From the NCBI GenBank assembly GCA_014729135.1, contig WJKK01000001.1:260588-324587 (forward strand): a stretch of 64,000 bases of DNA. The letters are read 5' to 3'. Shown in pieces: positions 1-10,722 of this stretch. How positions within the stretch are numbered: the first letter of the stretch is position 1; every line of letters starts with the position of its first letter. The stretch comes from a candidate division WWE3 bacterium (GTDB taxonomy: Bacteria; Patescibacteriota; WWE3; UBA101185; UBA10185). The notes below the pieces were generated by a model. It saw only the letters and a program-made list of their open reading frames with translations. It ran no database searches and was not told where the DNA came from. Made by a program: the position numbers and the translations under genes.

Positions 1-215
1 GAAAGTGCTAAATCTTGGCGACAGGGTTTTCAAAAAGATCAGCTTATTAATGGGGAGAAGGAAGCAAATCCTGTGGAAAAACTTCAAAATCAAACAGGTC
101 ATTTTCAAGGCTTAAAAAACAAGACTAACTTGGTCTTTTTAAATATTGGAGGTTTTTTTACTGCTGCTTTCGTAGGGTTTGCTCAAAAAGACGATGAAAA
201 AGATGATAAAATTGC

Positions 216-608
216 ATGGTGAAAAGGTTTTCAAGATATTTACCTGCAACAATTACTGCCCTTTTAATTTTGGTTTTTACGGCAATGCCCGGCCAAGCAG
301 TAACCTCTGTTGGCTTAGGTAAGGAAAGTTATCATATTAACGGGCACTTTATTGCCTACTTGGTCTTATGCTTAACGCTATTTAGAGCTTTTTCTTTTAT
401 TAAAGGAGCAAAGCGTTTATGGCTCTCCTTTTTAGTAAGCGTAATTTACGGTATTCTTATGGAATTTTTGCAAAAACTTGTGCCGGGACGAGCCTTTCAG
501 TATCTGGATATTGGCGTAAATAGTTTAGGAAGTGTTTTGGCACTTTTGCTCTTATGGAAGCAATCGTTTCTTCTACCAAGGCCACTAAGCAACTGGCTAA
601 AAAAATAG
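216..608 (+). CDS. VanZ-family membrane protein
   Basis: Hydrophobic protein with HFIAYLVL, E.LQ..VPGR and D...N..G motifs typical of VanZ. Confidence 0.85.
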   Translation: MVKRFSRYLPATITALLILVFTAMPGQAVTSVGLGKESYHINGHFIAYLVLCLTLFRAFSFIKGAKRLWLSFLVSVIYGILMEFLQKLVPGRAFQYLDIGVNSLGSVLALLLLWKQSFLLPRPLSNWLKK

Positions 609-1009
609 CCGAAAAGTTAAAGCCGGGAGATGTTTTGGCTTTATATGGGGATTTAGGTTCAGGCAAGACTACCTTTACACGTTTTTTGGTGGAAGCTTTG
701 GGGATTAAGGCACGTGTTCAAAGCCCTACGTTTATTATTGCGCGTGTTTATGAGGATGATAATGGGGCGGGTAAAGAAAATTTTCTTAGGGCTATTACAA
801 AAGTGAATCATCTAGATCTTTATCGTTTGCAGTCAAAGCCGGAAGTTTTGGATCTTGGCCTACTGGAGTACTTTAAGCAGCCCAAATCCATTACATTGAT
901 AGAATGGCCTGAATTAGCTGAGGATCTATTACCGGAAAAAACTATAGAAATTAAGTTCGAAGTTTTAGCGGAAAATGAAAGGAAAGTTAATGTTCAAAAT
1001 TTACATTGA
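554..1009 (+). CDS. tsaE: tRNA threonylcarbamoyladenosine biosynthesis ATPase TsaE
   Basis: GDLGSGKTT P-loop, SPTF, HLDLYRL and IEWPE motifs. Confidence 0.97.
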   Translation: MEAIVSSTKATKQLAKKIAEKLKPGDVLALYGDLGSGKTTFTRFLVEALGIKARVQSPTFIIARVYEDDNGAGKENFLRAITKVNHLDLYRLQSKPEVLDLGLLEYFKQPKSITLIEWPELAEDLLPEKTIEIKFEVLAENERKVNVQNLH

Positions 1010-1298
1010 TACAACAAGTCGTTATGAAAAATCAGTGATTTTGTTTAAAGATGGGCAGGAGGTTACTCGAGTGGAGGGGGATATAGATATTGTAGCCTCA
1101 ATTTCTCGGGTTTTAGAAGAAAATAAGCTTTCTTTGGAGGATATCTCGGAAATAGAGCCCAATCCGGGTCCCGGATCTTTTACGGGAATCAAAATCGGAA
1201 TAGTTATTGCTAATGTTTTAAATTGGATCTCAGGAAAGAAGGATCTAGAAGAATTGGCAGATCCTTTTTATGGTGGGGAACCTAACATCCAGTTCTAA
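990..1298 (+). CDS. tsaB: Short TsaB-like protein (N-terminal domain only)
   Basis: IDTT near the start and GPGSFTGIKIG motif; directly follows tsaE. Confidence 0.8.
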   Translation: MFKIYIDTTSRYEKSVILFKDGQEVTRVEGDIDIVASISRVLEENKLSLEDISEIEPNPGPGSFTGIKIGIVIANVLNWISGKKDLEELADPFYGGEPNIQF

Positions 1299-1611
1299 TC
1301 TTAATATTTATTCGCAAGTTTTAATCTTTATGCTCTACTTCCTTTTTGTCGTCTCCACTTTTCTCCTCTTTTTTTGGAAATCCTATTTTAAAGCTTAAGA
1401 AAAATATAATCCCCCAAATAAGAACCAGCGCTATCGTTACCCGTGGTGAAAGTAAAAATTCTATCCACTCTGCATTCATTTTTGATTATTCCTCTTTCGG
1501 TTTTTCAATTTGATTTGCATGTATAGGAAGAGTAATCCAAAAGGAATCATCCCTATAAGTAGCAAAACCTGATTTACTTGTATTCTCGTAATTATATCCA
1601 TATCCCCTTTT

Positions 1612-1851
1612 TTATAGAGTTTCTCCCATTTTATCAGTTATCCAAGAGAGTCCCAAAAATAATGAGGATAATGTTAAAGAGTTAATAAGCAGAAACATTG
1701 TTTTAATTGCACTTGCCGGATACGTACCGGTAACAAAGCCTGCAATAAACGAGGCAGTGGCTATGTCTCTAAAGAAGTCTGACAAAATGCGGGCAAGTCT
1801 CGGGTTAAATTCCATTACATACATTGTAATATACTTACTAACGTACGTCAA
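1612..1851 (-). CDS. Small hypothetical membrane protein
   Basis: 79-aa ORF with two hydrophobic segments; real start may be downstream of the ORF start. Confidence 0.5.
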   Translation of the reverse strand: MTYVSKYITMYVMEFNPRLARILSDFFRDIATASFIAGFVTGTYPASAIKTMFLLINSLTLSSLFLGLSWITDKMGETL

Positions 1852-1967
1852 TACATTTTTTCCGTTTTTTTACAGATTTCTAGTCCAACTTGCCCAAAAA
1901 ACTGCGAATTTCTCTGAAATCCCCCATAAAACCCAATCAAAAACCCGATATAGTATAATTCCTCCAT

Positions 1968-2939
1968 ATGAAAATCTTAATCACAGGAGCCGCAGGCTTC
2001 ATAGGATCCAACTTTGCCGACTACTTTCTTAAAAATGACTATGAAGTTGTAGCCGTAGACAACTTTAATGACTTTTATAGTCCCAAAATAAAGGAATTTA
2101 ACATTTCCGAATTTAAAGATCACCCGAATTTCAAACTTTACCGAGTTGACATTTCAGATCGAGCCGCTTTGGAACCTGTTTTTTCCGAAAACACTGATAT
2201 AGATGCTGTAGTTCACTTGGCAGCTTGGGCCGGCGTAACTCAATCCGTTGAAAACCCCCATCAATATGTAAAGGACAACGTCTTGGGAACTAACAACTTA
2301 ACCGATTTTTGCATAAAATACGGAATCAACAACTTTATCTTTGCTTCAACTTCTTCTGTCTACGGGGACAACCCAACGCCCTTCACTGAAGACATGAACA
2401 CAAGCTTTCCAAATGCTCCCTATCCGGCAACAAAAAAATCCAGTGAGGTGCTGCTTTATACAATAAATAAAAATCAGGATCTAAATGTGACAATTTTTAG
2501 GTTTTTTAATCCTTTAGGGCCTCGAATGCGTCCGGATCTGGCGTTGCCTAAGCTAGTTAAATCTGTTGAATACGGCAAGGTTTTTGAGTTGTGGCAGGAC
2601 CCAACTTCAAGTGCGCGTGATTACACCTATATTGATGACATGGCACGTGCTGTTGAGGCTGTAATAAAGGAGCCTCAGGATTTTGTAATTATGAACCTTG
2701 GTAACTCCAATCCTATAAGTCTGCAGGATATGATTGAGACGGTGGAGGAAGTTACGGGAAAATCTGTTACAACAACGGAAAATTATTTGCCAGGTCAAAT
2801 GAAGGAAACTTTTGCGGATATTTCTAGGGCACGTGATCTGATTGGTTATGATCCCAAAACGACTTTAAAGGAGATGGTGGAATTTTATTACAATTGGTTT
2901 TTGCAGCAGCCGGAATGGTATAGAAAGGATGATTATTAG
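1968..2939 (+). CDS. NAD-dependent nucleotide-sugar epimerase/dehydratase (UDP-glucuronate 4-epimerase-like)
   Basis: GAAGFIG, HLAA, STSSVYG, YxxxK and GPRMRPD motifs. Confidence 0.93.
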   Translation: MKILITGAAGFIGSNFADYFLKNDYEVVAVDNFNDFYSPKIKEFNISEFKDHPNFKLYRVDISDRAALEPVFSENTDIDAVVHLAAWAGVTQSVENPHQYVKDNVLGTNNLTDFCIKYGINNFIFASTSSVYGDNPTPFTEDMNTSFPNAPYPATKKSSEVLLYTINKNQDLNVTIFRFFNPLGPRMRPDLALPKLVKSVEYGKVFELWQDPTSSARDYTYIDDMARAVEAVIKEPQDFVIMNLGNSNPISLQDMIETVEEVTGKSVTTTENYLPGQMKETFADISRARDLIGYDPKTTLKEMVEFYYNWFLQQPEWYRKDDY

Positions 2940-2942
2940 CCT

Positions 2943-3947
2943 ATGTCTGAAAATGTAGCTAAGCCTAAGCAGGAAAAGTTAGTTTCACTAGTTATTCCTT
3001 GTTATAACGAAGAGAAAAATATAGAGCGTTATGAGGCGGAGCTAATTCCGGTTTTGGAGGATTTGCCTTATGATTACGAGGCTATCTTAGTGGATGACGG
3101 CTCTACAAAGGATGATACTTGGGGCGCTATTAAGCGTTTGTCGGAAAAGTTTGATACGGTGACGGGGTTGAAGCATTCGCGCAATTATGGGATGGGGGCA
3201 GCTTATCAGACGGGTTTTGACCATTCTAAGGGCGATTATGTAGTGGTGTATTCTTCGGATTTGGAGATTCCTCCTGTAGAGATTGCTAGAGTAGTGGCAA
3301 AAATGGACGAAGGTTTTGATCTTGTTAATACGCATCGTGTTGGTCGCTGGAGTGAAGGCGGAGGGCTGGCTTCTGCCATTAGGCGAGTTCCTTCTAAGAT
3401 TGCTAACGGCCTAATTAAAAGGATTTCCGGTGTTGAAATGCATGACACGGGGTCCGGATTGAAAGGCTTTAAGCGCTTTATCATTGAGAATTTGCGTATT
3501 TACGGAGATATGCATCGGTTTTTGCCTGCTTATGCGGGTCTTTACACCAAAAATTTCTGTGAGTTTGAAGTTGAATATCAGGAGCGTACCTATGGCGAGT
3601 CTGCCTATGGCTCTTTAATGCGAACTTTTAGCGTGTTTTTGGATCTTTTTACAATGAAGTTCATGCTTTCCTTTGCTACAAAGCCCTTCACTATGATGCC
3701 GGGGCGCTTGTTTGGCAGTACGGGATTAGTTTCATTTAGTGTTGGTTTTGTTGCTACTTTATATGCTTTGTTTTTGAAGTTTGGTTTAGGCCAGCCTATT
3801 GGTCAGCGTCCTTTGTTTATCGGGGGTCTTTTACTTACTGTTTTTGGAATGCAGTTAATTATGACCGGTCTTTTAGGAGAGCTTATGATGCGTACGTATT
3901 TTGAGAGTAGTCACAAAACCCCCTACATTGTTTCTGAAGAAGCCTAA
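2943..3947 (+). CDS. GT2 polyprenol-phosphate glycosyltransferase (ArnC/DPM-like)
   Basis: VIPCYNEE, VDDGS, RNYG, HRFLP and two C-terminal TM helices. Confidence 0.92.
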   Translation: MSENVAKPKQEKLVSLVIPCYNEEKNIERYEAELIPVLEDLPYDYEAILVDDGSTKDDTWGAIKRLSEKFDTVTGLKHSRNYGMGAAYQTGFDHSKGDYVVVYSSDLEIPPVEIARVVAKMDEGFDLVNTHRVGRWSEGGGLASAIRRVPSKIANGLIKRISGVEMHDTGSGLKGFKRFIIENLRIYGDMHRFLPAYAGLYTKNFCEFEVEYQERTYGESAYGSLMRTFSVFLDLFTMKFMLSFATKPFTMMPGRLFGSTGLVSFSVGFVATLYALFLKFGLGQPIGQRPLFIGGLLLTVFGMQLIMTGLLGELMMRTYFESSHKTPYIVSEEA

Positions 3948-4028
3948 GTTTTAGGTAAAGGATATCTCATTATATTTACGAATATTATACTTGTAAGTAT
4001 AATCTTTGAAATTGGAGATTTTTCCGGA

Positions 4029-4334
4029 CTAGCGATTTGGGGATTCTGTTGACTCGGTAGATTCCGTGCTTTCCTCCGCCAGCTCTTTGCGTACCAGTTC
4101 AAAATAAAGCTTTTTCCAGTCGGGCTCGTTTGGATCACGCTCTTCTTCTTTCGGTTCTGCAACATCCTGTGCCGACAAAACCCCTCCGGTGGAGGATGCA
4201 GGAGACTTAAACCCTGCCAACCCTATAGATGTAATTGGAACTGCCAGAATACCTAACAACAGCGCGGTTAATAAAGCATTAACTCCCAATGCATGTAACT
4301 TGTCTAATCCTTTAAATGAAGCTTCTTTAAACAT
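4029..4334 (-). CDS. Hypothetical membrane-anchored protein
   Basis: One TM helix, GVLSAQ motif, acidic tail with ESTESTES repeats. Confidence 0.65.
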   Translation of the reverse strand: MFKEASFKGLDKLHALGVNALLTALLLGILAVPITSIGLAGFKSPASSTGGVLSAQDVAEPKEEERDPNEPDWKKLYFELVRKELAEESTESTESTESPNR

Positions 4335-4394
4335 AGCTTAATAAATCTACCAAAACAGAGTCTTAGTGACTTCTAACTCCTTTTTAACCTTAAC

Positions 4395-4979
4395 TTAAAC
4401 ATAATCATCTCCAAATTCTAAAATGAAATCCTCTTGAGCATCCTCATAGTAATCAAAATCGCTACCCTCCAGCTTACTAATGTCAATTTCCTTTTCCACA
4501 TCAACAATAAAAAGGACAGAAGCTATAATTCCCACAGCTAAATTCACGTAAAAAACCCAAGAATAAACCAAACTAAAAATTGCCATAATCCCTGCTACTA
4601 AGAGCAATAAATATAAATAAGAAACCCAAATAGCTCCTTGAGAGTAAATTTCAAAGGAGTTTTGAATAAACGACGACATTTTTAGCGAAAAAACCTTAGC
4701 GGTAAGCTTAGGCGTGATATGCGAATCATGAAGAAACAAAGACTTTACCAACGTAATTCCCAGGCCTAAAACCAAAGCAGCCAACATAGCAATCAAAGAA
4801 TAAGAGTTAATTTTTAAGTAATCCTCCGGTGAGTTAAAAACAAATCCGGAATTTGAAATTGAATAGGGAATTTCTAAGTATTGACTAATTAAAATTACAG
4901 ACACCAACCGCACCGTCAAAAGTAGAATGGCGGGAACTATGGCTTCGTCGATGAGTTTGATTAGTATTTTTGAAAACAT
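4395..4979 (-). CDS. Hypothetical multi-TM membrane protein
   Basis: ORF 4395..5126; start placed at MFSKILIK to avoid overlap with the divergent gene. Confidence 0.7.
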   Translation of the reverse strand: MFSKILIKLIDEAIVPAILLLTVRLVSVILISQYLEIPYSISNSGFVFNSPEDYLKINSYSLIAMLAALVLGLGITLVKSLFLHDSHITPKLTAKVFSLKMSSFIQNSFEIYSQGAIWVSYLYLLLLVAGIMAIFSLVYSWVFYVNLAVGIIASVLFIVDVEKEIDISKLEGSDFDYYEDAQEDFILEFGDDYV

Positions 4980-5010
4980 GGCAGGTTTGTATTGATAGAA
5001 TAATAGCAGC

Positions 5011-6384
5011 ATGTTTTTGTTTAAGTCAATTTTCACGAAGGTTTTAAAGGCGTTGTTTTGGGTTTTGGTGATCTTAACTCCTTTAATTTTTGTGTCGGAG
5101 ACCAATGAGTTGTTTGAATTTCCCAAGATGTTTTTTGTTTATGGAGTAGGGTCTACGATTGTTTTTTTGTTTTTGATGGGGGTGGTTTTGGGGTTTTTTG
5201 AGGTGCGAATTCCTCCCTTGCCGGTGCTTTTATTTGTTGGTAGCGTTTTGGTTTCGGCTGTTTTTTCCACACATGTTTATACGTCTTTTTGGGGGTATTT
5301 TTCGCGTTTCAATGGAGGGGCAGTTTCATTGTTGGTTTATTTTGGCCTTTTTGTTGCAGCAACCAGTTTACTTAATCGTCGTGAAATTTTAGGATTTGTT
5401 TTTTACGGGCTGGTGCTAACTTCTGTGCCCATTAGCATTTTGGCTATTTCGCAGTATTTTGGGTGGGGCAACGTTTCTGCCGAGCGCGTTTATTCCACTT
5501 TAGGTCAGGCTAATTGGTTGGCTGCTTATATTTCCTGGGCCGTTTTGCTCTTTGCTCACGTGCTTTTGAAAATGGACTTTAATAAAAAGTTTTTCCTGTG
5601 GTTGTTTCTTTTTGGTTTGTCTTTTATGTGTTTGTGGTTTACGTTTTCTTTATCGGGTCTTTTAAGTTTTGCATTTGGTTTGGTAGCGCTACTTGGGTTA
5701 AATTACAAGGAGTATTTTTTGAAACGTGCTTTTGTTTTGGCCTTTTTAATGCTTTTTGTGGCAGTTTCCTTTCCGGGTTTGTTTTTTCTAAAGTTTCACG
5801 ACGGTCTGCAGGATGTTTTTAACTTGCTTTCCGGATTGTCTGCTTTAACTCCAGTTTTTGCCCAGGATGTTGCCCATAAGGTTTCAGATCCGGGGTTTAT
5901 TCGTTTTGGCTTGTGGAAGGGAACTTTGGATATGATTTTTTCTTCCTGGCGTAATTTTTTATTGGGAACCGGTCCGGAAACTTTTCCCTATCAATTTCCT
6001 TTTTTTCGACCAAATAATTTAAATTTTTCTTCGGAGTGGGATTACATTTTAAATAAACCGCATAACTTTTTTCTGGAGATTTGGGCAGAAACGGGGGTTT
6101 TTAGTCTGCTTTTTTACGCTTGGCTTAATATGAAAGCTATTTTAAAAAAGCATGCTTGGGTTACTCCTTTAATAATTTCGTTTTTGGTTTCCAACTTTTT
6201 TGGATGGCCTACAGTTACAACCTCTCTTTATTTTTGGTTGATGTTGGCTGCGCTTTTTACAGAGGATTCGGCAAGGTCTTTAAAGGATTCTTTTTTTCGA
6301 GATCCTCCTTTGAAGTTGTTGGCAAAGTTTAGAAAACAGCCGGAGCTGCTAAGTCGGGTTTCAAAAAAAATCTTAAATGTCTAA
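5011..6384 (+). CDS. O-antigen ligase-family (Wzy_C) membrane protein
   Basis: Multi-TM with FEFPK, STLGQANW, GTGPETF and HNFFLE motifs. Confidence 0.88.
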   Translation: MFLFKSIFTKVLKALFWVLVILTPLIFVSETNELFEFPKMFFVYGVGSTIVFLFLMGVVLGFFEVRIPPLPVLLFVGSVLVSAVFSTHVYTSFWGYFSRFNGGAVSLLVYFGLFVAATSLLNRREILGFVFYGLVLTSVPISILAISQYFGWGNVSAERVYSTLGQANWLAAYISWAVLLFAHVLLKMDFNKKFFLWLFLFGLSFMCLWFTFSLSGLLSFAFGLVALLGLNYKEYFLKRAFVLAFLMLFVAVSFPGLFFLKFHDGLQDVFNLLSGLSALTPVFAQDVAHKVSDPGFIRFGLWKGTLDMIFSSWRNFLLGTGPETFPYQFPFFRPNNLNFSSEWDYILNKPHNFFLEIWAETGVFSLLFYAWLNMKAILKKHAWVTPLIISFLVSNFFGWPTVTTSLYFWLMLAALFTEDSARSLKDSFFRDPPLKLLAKFRKQPELLSRVSKKILNV

Positions 6385-6994
6385 ATCTATAAGTTTTAAA
6401 AAAGTTCCGTTAATAGTTCGTTTGACTTTGATAGCAGGTTTGATGGGGTCTTACGGAGCTTTTATTTCAATTATTTCAGATTTTTACAGGGCGGATTTAA
6501 AAGCGGTGTCTTCCAAAGATGCTCTCCTCCGGGAGGATTTTGATGCGGCTTTGAAACTAGCAAAGGAGGCTGTAGAACTAAATCCGGAAGAACCTTATTA
6601 CTACAGAATGCGCGCTAAGGCTTATTTGGCAAAGGCAGCTGCAACTGAAACTTACGAGTTTAAAAAAGAGGCGCTGGCTGATTTGATGCGTTCTCGTGAG
6701 TTGAATCCTTTGAATTTGGCTACGCTTAGAAATAATATTCCGCTTTATTATTATCTGGCGCTGACTGATTTTTCGCAGCCGTCTAAGCAGGCGGATTTGG
6801 ATAGTGCTTATTTGTCTTTTGCAGAGGCTTATTTTCAGGATTTAAAGGAGATCTACCCTAATGATGCAGGGCTTTTGGTTTCTTTGGCGCATTATGAGAA
6901 GCGTTTAGACCTTTTAGGGGAGTCTAAATCAACGTTGGAGATGATTAAGCAGCTTCGCCCAGCTCTTTTAGACTGGCATCCCCTGTTGCAGTAG
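6377..6994 (+). CDS. TPR-containing protein
   Basis: A..LNP.EP.YY TPR pattern; overlaps the end of the O-antigen ligase gene. Confidence 0.7.
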   Translation: MSKSISFKKVPLIVRLTLIAGLMGSYGAFISIISDFYRADLKAVSSKDALLREDFDAALKLAKEAVELNPEEPYYYRMRAKAYLAKAAATETYEFKKEALADLMRSRELNPLNLATLRNNIPLYYYLALTDFSQPSKQADLDSAYLSFAEAYFQDLKEIYPNDAGLLVSLAHYEKRLDLLGESKSTLEMIKQLRPALLDWHPLLQ

Positions 6995-7000
6995 TCTTAG

Positions 7001-8158
7001 TTACTCAATCTCAACATAGGTGGCTGAAACCCATCCCGCTTCGTCAGCAGTCACTTGCAACTTAACCCAAGTCCCCTGCACCTCCAAAACTGGAAACGAC
7101 TCCCCCACATTCACCTTAGTCAACTCCGCTGCTCCCAGACTAGGCTCCGTACGCACACGCAACCATCCCAAACCGGTGGGCAAAATCTTACCCATCTGAC
7201 GAGCCTCAAAAAGCTCCAAATAAGTCTCCTTTGCCGGCTCCGTTAAGCCCGCTCCCAAAGTACCAACACCCAAATAACCTCCTACATCTGCCTCCTGCAA
7301 AGCCTCAAAACCCTCCTGTGTAGAAACCAAATTCCCCAGATTGTCATAAACATTACCTGCGCTATCAAGGAAAAAGTCAAAACCGCCTGCACTTTCTAAC
7401 TCAGCCGCATTACCCACATCCGAAAAACCACGCGTATCTGCCCAATAAACAACCGCCTTAGCCCTATCAGGAGAAGTTCCAAAAGACTCATTGCTAATTG
7501 TCAAATCATACAAATTTTCCGAACCCTCAAACTTCTGAATAGTTTTTGGCATTGGGATAGGGAAAAGCTTAGCCGACACCATCAACTTATAACCATCCTT
7601 AACCTGAATTGGAGCACTTTGACCTTCATAGCCTTCCATACGAACATCCAAAGTATAACTACCCTCAGTAACCTTATCTAAAGTCAAAGGAGTTTCTCCC
7701 ATTTCGGTCCCGTCCAAATAAACGGTAGCTCCCGAAGGCTGCGAAATCACCGTCAAAGTAGTAGCATCCTTTTCCATTACAAAGTTCATTCCCGAAGCAA
7801 AAACAGCCGAAACCCCTGTATCCCGCTGCAAAGCTGTCTCAACTTCCGGGTTAAAATCAAGCCTGTCTATAAATTCCGCCTCAGCACCCACAAGCTTAAT
7901 TTCATGCGTTCCCGGCTCCACCGAAAACTTCTCCAAAGGCGACTCTCCCACTTTTTCACCATCAACATAAACTTCCGCAGTATCATACTGAGTTTGCACC
8001 GTTAAAGCCGACTTCTGCTTCAATCCCGGAACCTGCTGCATTCCTATAGTAACTCCATACGCAATACCTCCCAACACCGCAAAAAGCACCAGATAAGTCA
8101 AAAGAGGCTTAATTTTAGAAAAAAAGGATTGGTTTTGATTTGCAATGGTATATGCCAT
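7001..8158 (-). CDS. PEGA-domain surface protein with C-terminal SH3b domain
   Basis: N-terminal TM, two PEGA repeats (A.VY.DG...GETP) and LRVR.EPS...GWVS SH3_3 motif. Confidence 0.85.
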   Translation of the reverse strand: MAYTIANQNQSFFSKIKPLLTYLVLFAVLGGIAYGVTIGMQQVPGLKQKSALTVQTQYDTAEVYVDGEKVGESPLEKFSVEPGTHEIKLVGAEAEFIDRLDFNPEVETALQRDTGVSAVFASGMNFVMEKDATTLTVISQPSGATVYLDGTEMGETPLTLDKVTEGSYTLDVRMEGYEGQSAPIQVKDGYKLMVSAKLFPIPMPKTIQKFEGSENLYDLTISNESFGTSPDRAKAVVYWADTRGFSDVGNAAELESAGGFDFFLDSAGNVYDNLGNLVSTQEGFEALQEADVGGYLGVGTLGAGLTEPAKETYLELFEARQMGKILPTGLGWLRVRTEPSLGAAELTKVNVGESFPVLEVQGTWVKLQVTADEAGWVSATYVEIE

Positions 8159-8238
8159 ATGTACCTTAACGTTATCATGGTCTTTAGCAAAATACAACAC
8201 TCGACAAAGAGGTTTATTTGCTTTATTATGGCCAAGAT

Positions 8239-10212
8239 ATGTCGTTAAGTTCTAAAAATAATCATGATTTGATGCAGCAGGATTCGGCGAATTCTGAGGG
8301 GTCGGATTCGAAGATGCTAAGTTCTAAAGAAATTATTGAGAAATATTTAGATTTTTATAAGAAGCGGGATCATAAAGAGATTCCCAATGTTTCGCTGCTT
8401 CCTAAGGAGGACTCTACACTTTTGTTTGTTAATTCGGGGATGTTTCCGCTGGTGCCCTATTTAATGGGGGAGCCTCATCCTATGGGGACGCGTTTGGTGA
8501 ATGTGCAGCGTTGCATTCGTTTTGAGGATATTGAGGAGGTTGGTGATAATCGGCATACGACGGCTTTTCACATGTTGGGAAATTGGAGTTTGAATGATTA
8601 TTTTAAGGAGGAGCAGCTTCATTGGGTTTATGAGTTTTTTTGGGATGTTTTGAGGCTTAAACCGGAGAAGACTTTTGCTACGGTTTTTGGAGGACGTGAT
8701 GGTGCTTCCAAGGATGAGATTTCTGTTGAGATTTTGGAGGAGATTTTTCGGGGGAAGGGTTTGGAGCTTAAGGAAGGTGAGCGACTCTTTTATTTAGGGA
8801 GTAATTGGTGGCAACGTGGAGATGCTGTTGGGGAGCTTGGTGGCCCTGATAGTGAGGTTTTTTACTATGTTCCTTCTGAAGACTCTGCGTCTCGCCATTC
8901 CTCTCAGTCTCCTGATCATCCTGAACTTGATTCAGAATCCATGCCAAAATCAGCTCAAGACCTAGAAGAACGCGAAGACGAATTCATGGAAATTGGTAAC
9001 TCCGTGTTTTTGCAATACGTAAAAACGGAAGACGGCTGGGAACAAATGGAAATGCAAAATGTAGACTTTGGCGGCGGTTTAGAGCGCTTGGCCATGATGG
9101 TTCAAGAGAAAAGCGACATTTTTGAGACCGATAACTTTTGGCCGGTTATACAGCGTTTGCAAGAGCTGACAAAAAAGACTTATAAAGCAGATCCGGAAAC
9201 CACTCGTCACATGCGGATTATTGCCGATCACATCCGTGCTTCAGTGTTTCTAGCAATGGATGGCGTTTTGCCTTCTAACAAAGATCAGGGTTACATCTTG
9301 CGCCGGTTACTTCGTCGGATTGTTCGGTCAGGTAAAAGTTTAGGTCTAGAAAAGGACATTTCCGTTGAGTTGGTGGGAATTGTGGTTAAAATGTTTTCTT
9401 GGTTGTATCCCGATCTTACGGAAAAGCAGTCCTCGCTTGAGGCGCTTTTTGCAGAGGAGGAGGCGAAGTTTAGAAAGACTTTAAATCGCGCTTCACGGGA
9501 GGTTGAACGTTTTTTGGAGAAGTCTAGCGAAAAGGATTTAAGTGCAGAGAAGCTGGCAAAACAGGCCTTTACTTTCTATCAATCCATGGGTTATCCCGAG
9601 GAGATTTTCCTTGAAGACTTGCGCGAACATGGCGTTACTATTGATACAGCAGACTTCAAATCCCATTTTGACAAGCTAGAACAGCGTCACAAAGAAAAAT
9701 CCCGTAAAGGTGCTGCCAAAAAATTTGAAGGGGGTTTGGCTGCCCATAGCGAAACTACAATTAAGTATCATACTGCAACTCATCTTTTGCATACGGCTTT
9801 GCGGGCGGTTTTAGAAGCGGATTCTGAAACTGATGTGGCTCAAAAAGGGAGTAATATCACGGATGAGCGTTTGCGTTTTGACTTTTCGTTCACGCGAAAG
9901 CTGGAGGAGTCTGAGTTGAAAGAAGTGGAGGCCCTGGTTAATGATGTTATTGAAGCAGGTTTGCCGGTTAATTTTGAGGTTATGCCTTTGGAGGATGCTG
10001 TAGAAACGGGGGCTTTGCACTTTTTTGATGAGAAGTATGGGGATAAGGTAAAGGTTTATTATGTAGGTGAAACTTTGGAATCAGCTTTTAGCAAGGAGTT
10101 TTGTGGGGGGCCTCATGTGGAAAACACTTCTGAGCTTTTTCCAATTGAGATTTACAAGCAAAAGAAGATTGGTAAGGGAGTAATTCGTCTTTACGCTCGT
10201 TTTAAAGAGTAA
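8239..10212 (+). CDS. alaS: Alanine--tRNA ligase (short form lacking C-Ala domain)
   Basis: LLFVNSGM, HMLGNWS, DFGGGLER, ADHIR, HTATHLL and CGGPHV motifs. Confidence 0.97.
   Translation: MSLSSKNNHDLMQQDSANSEGSDSKMLSSKEIIEKYLDFYKKRDHKEIPNVSLLPKEDSTLLFVNSGMFPLVPYLMGEPHPMGTRLVNVQRCIRFEDIEEVGDNRHTTAFHMLGNWSLNDYFKEEQLHWVYEFFWDVLRLKPEKTFATVFGGRDGASKDEISVEILEEIFRGKGLELKEGERLFYLGSNWWQRGDAVGELGGPDSEVFYYVPSEDSASRHSSQSPDHPELDSESMPKSAQDLEEREDEFMEIGNSVFLQYVKTEDGWEQMEMQNVDFGGGLERLAMMVQEKSDIFETDNFWPVIQRLQELTKKTYKADPETTRHMRIIADHIRASVFLAMDGVLPSNKDQGYILRRLLRRIVRSGKSLGLEKDISVELVGIVVKMFSWLYPDLTEKQSSLEALFAEEEAKFRKTLNRASREVERFLEKSSEKDLSAEKLAKQAFTFYQSMGYPEEIFLEDLREHGVTIDTADFKSHFDKLEQRHKEKSRKGAAKKFEGGLAAHSETTIKYHTATHLLHTALRAVLEADSETDVAQKGSNITDERLRFDFSFTRKLEESELKEVEALVNDVIEAGLPVNFEVMPLEDAVETGALHFFDEKYGDKVKVYYVGETLESAFSKEFCGGPHVENTSELFPIEIYKQKKIGKGVIRLYARFKE
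8916..8940. repeat. GTCAT-type REP-like palindrome inserted in frame in alaS
   Basis: TCATCCTGAACTTGATTCAGAATCC, nearly identical to 22770-22794; encodes HPELDSES within an insertion. Confidence 0.8.
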
Positions 10213-10301
10213 GTCTTGCTAAGGTTTCTTTGAGACCTTGTCGGCTTAGCCGCGTTTTCCTGCTCAGTAAAGCTTAACAGGTGTGTTTAAAATCTGACCC
10301 C

Positions 10302-10331
10302 TTGACACTCTCACCCATCGAGTGCTATAAA
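10302..10331 (+). promoter_or_regulatory. CIRCE (HrcA operator) overlapping the sigma70 promoter of groESL
   Basis: TTGACACTC-N9-GAGTGCTAT against consensus TTAGCACTC-N9-GAGTGCTAA; contains TTGACA and TGcTATAAA. Confidence 0.85.
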
Positions 10332-10428
10332 ATAGAGTGCAAGCAGCCGGTTGAAGGGGATACTCCCTTAAAACGGCCTGCCAAAAACTTAAAAATTACA
10401 AAATTACACAAATAATAAAGGAGGAAAA

Positions 10429-10722
10429 ATGAAAAAAATCAAACCCTTATTTGACTACCTGCTCATAGAACCCATGGAGAAAGAGACAACTCTTCCCTCC
10501 GGTATAGTAATTCCCGATTCAGCAAAAGAAAAACCTCAGCAAGGAAAAGTGATAGCTGCCGGTCCCGGTGCAAAAGACGCCGACGGCAAAACTGTTCCCA
10601 TGCAGGTGAAAGTTGACGATATAGTTATGTACAAAAAGTGGGGAGGTACAGAAATTCAGCTTAAAGGCAAAGACTATATTCTAGTTAAGCAGGAGGATCT
10701 TTTAGCAATTATTGAGGAATAA
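10429..10722 (+). CDS. groES: Co-chaperonin GroES
   Basis: IKPLFD and SGIVIPDSAKEKPQQG motifs; AGGAGG Shine-Dalgarno. Confidence 0.99.
   Translation: MKKIKPLFDYLLIEPMEKETTLPSGIVIPDSAKEKPQQGKVIAAGPGAKDADGKTVPMQVKVDDIVMYKKWGGTEIQLKGKDYILVKQEDLLAIIEE

Noticed and set aside
1-222. Open frame on the + strand at the window start
   Set aside because: Truncated by the window edge with no recognisable motif; the coding strand cannot be assigned.
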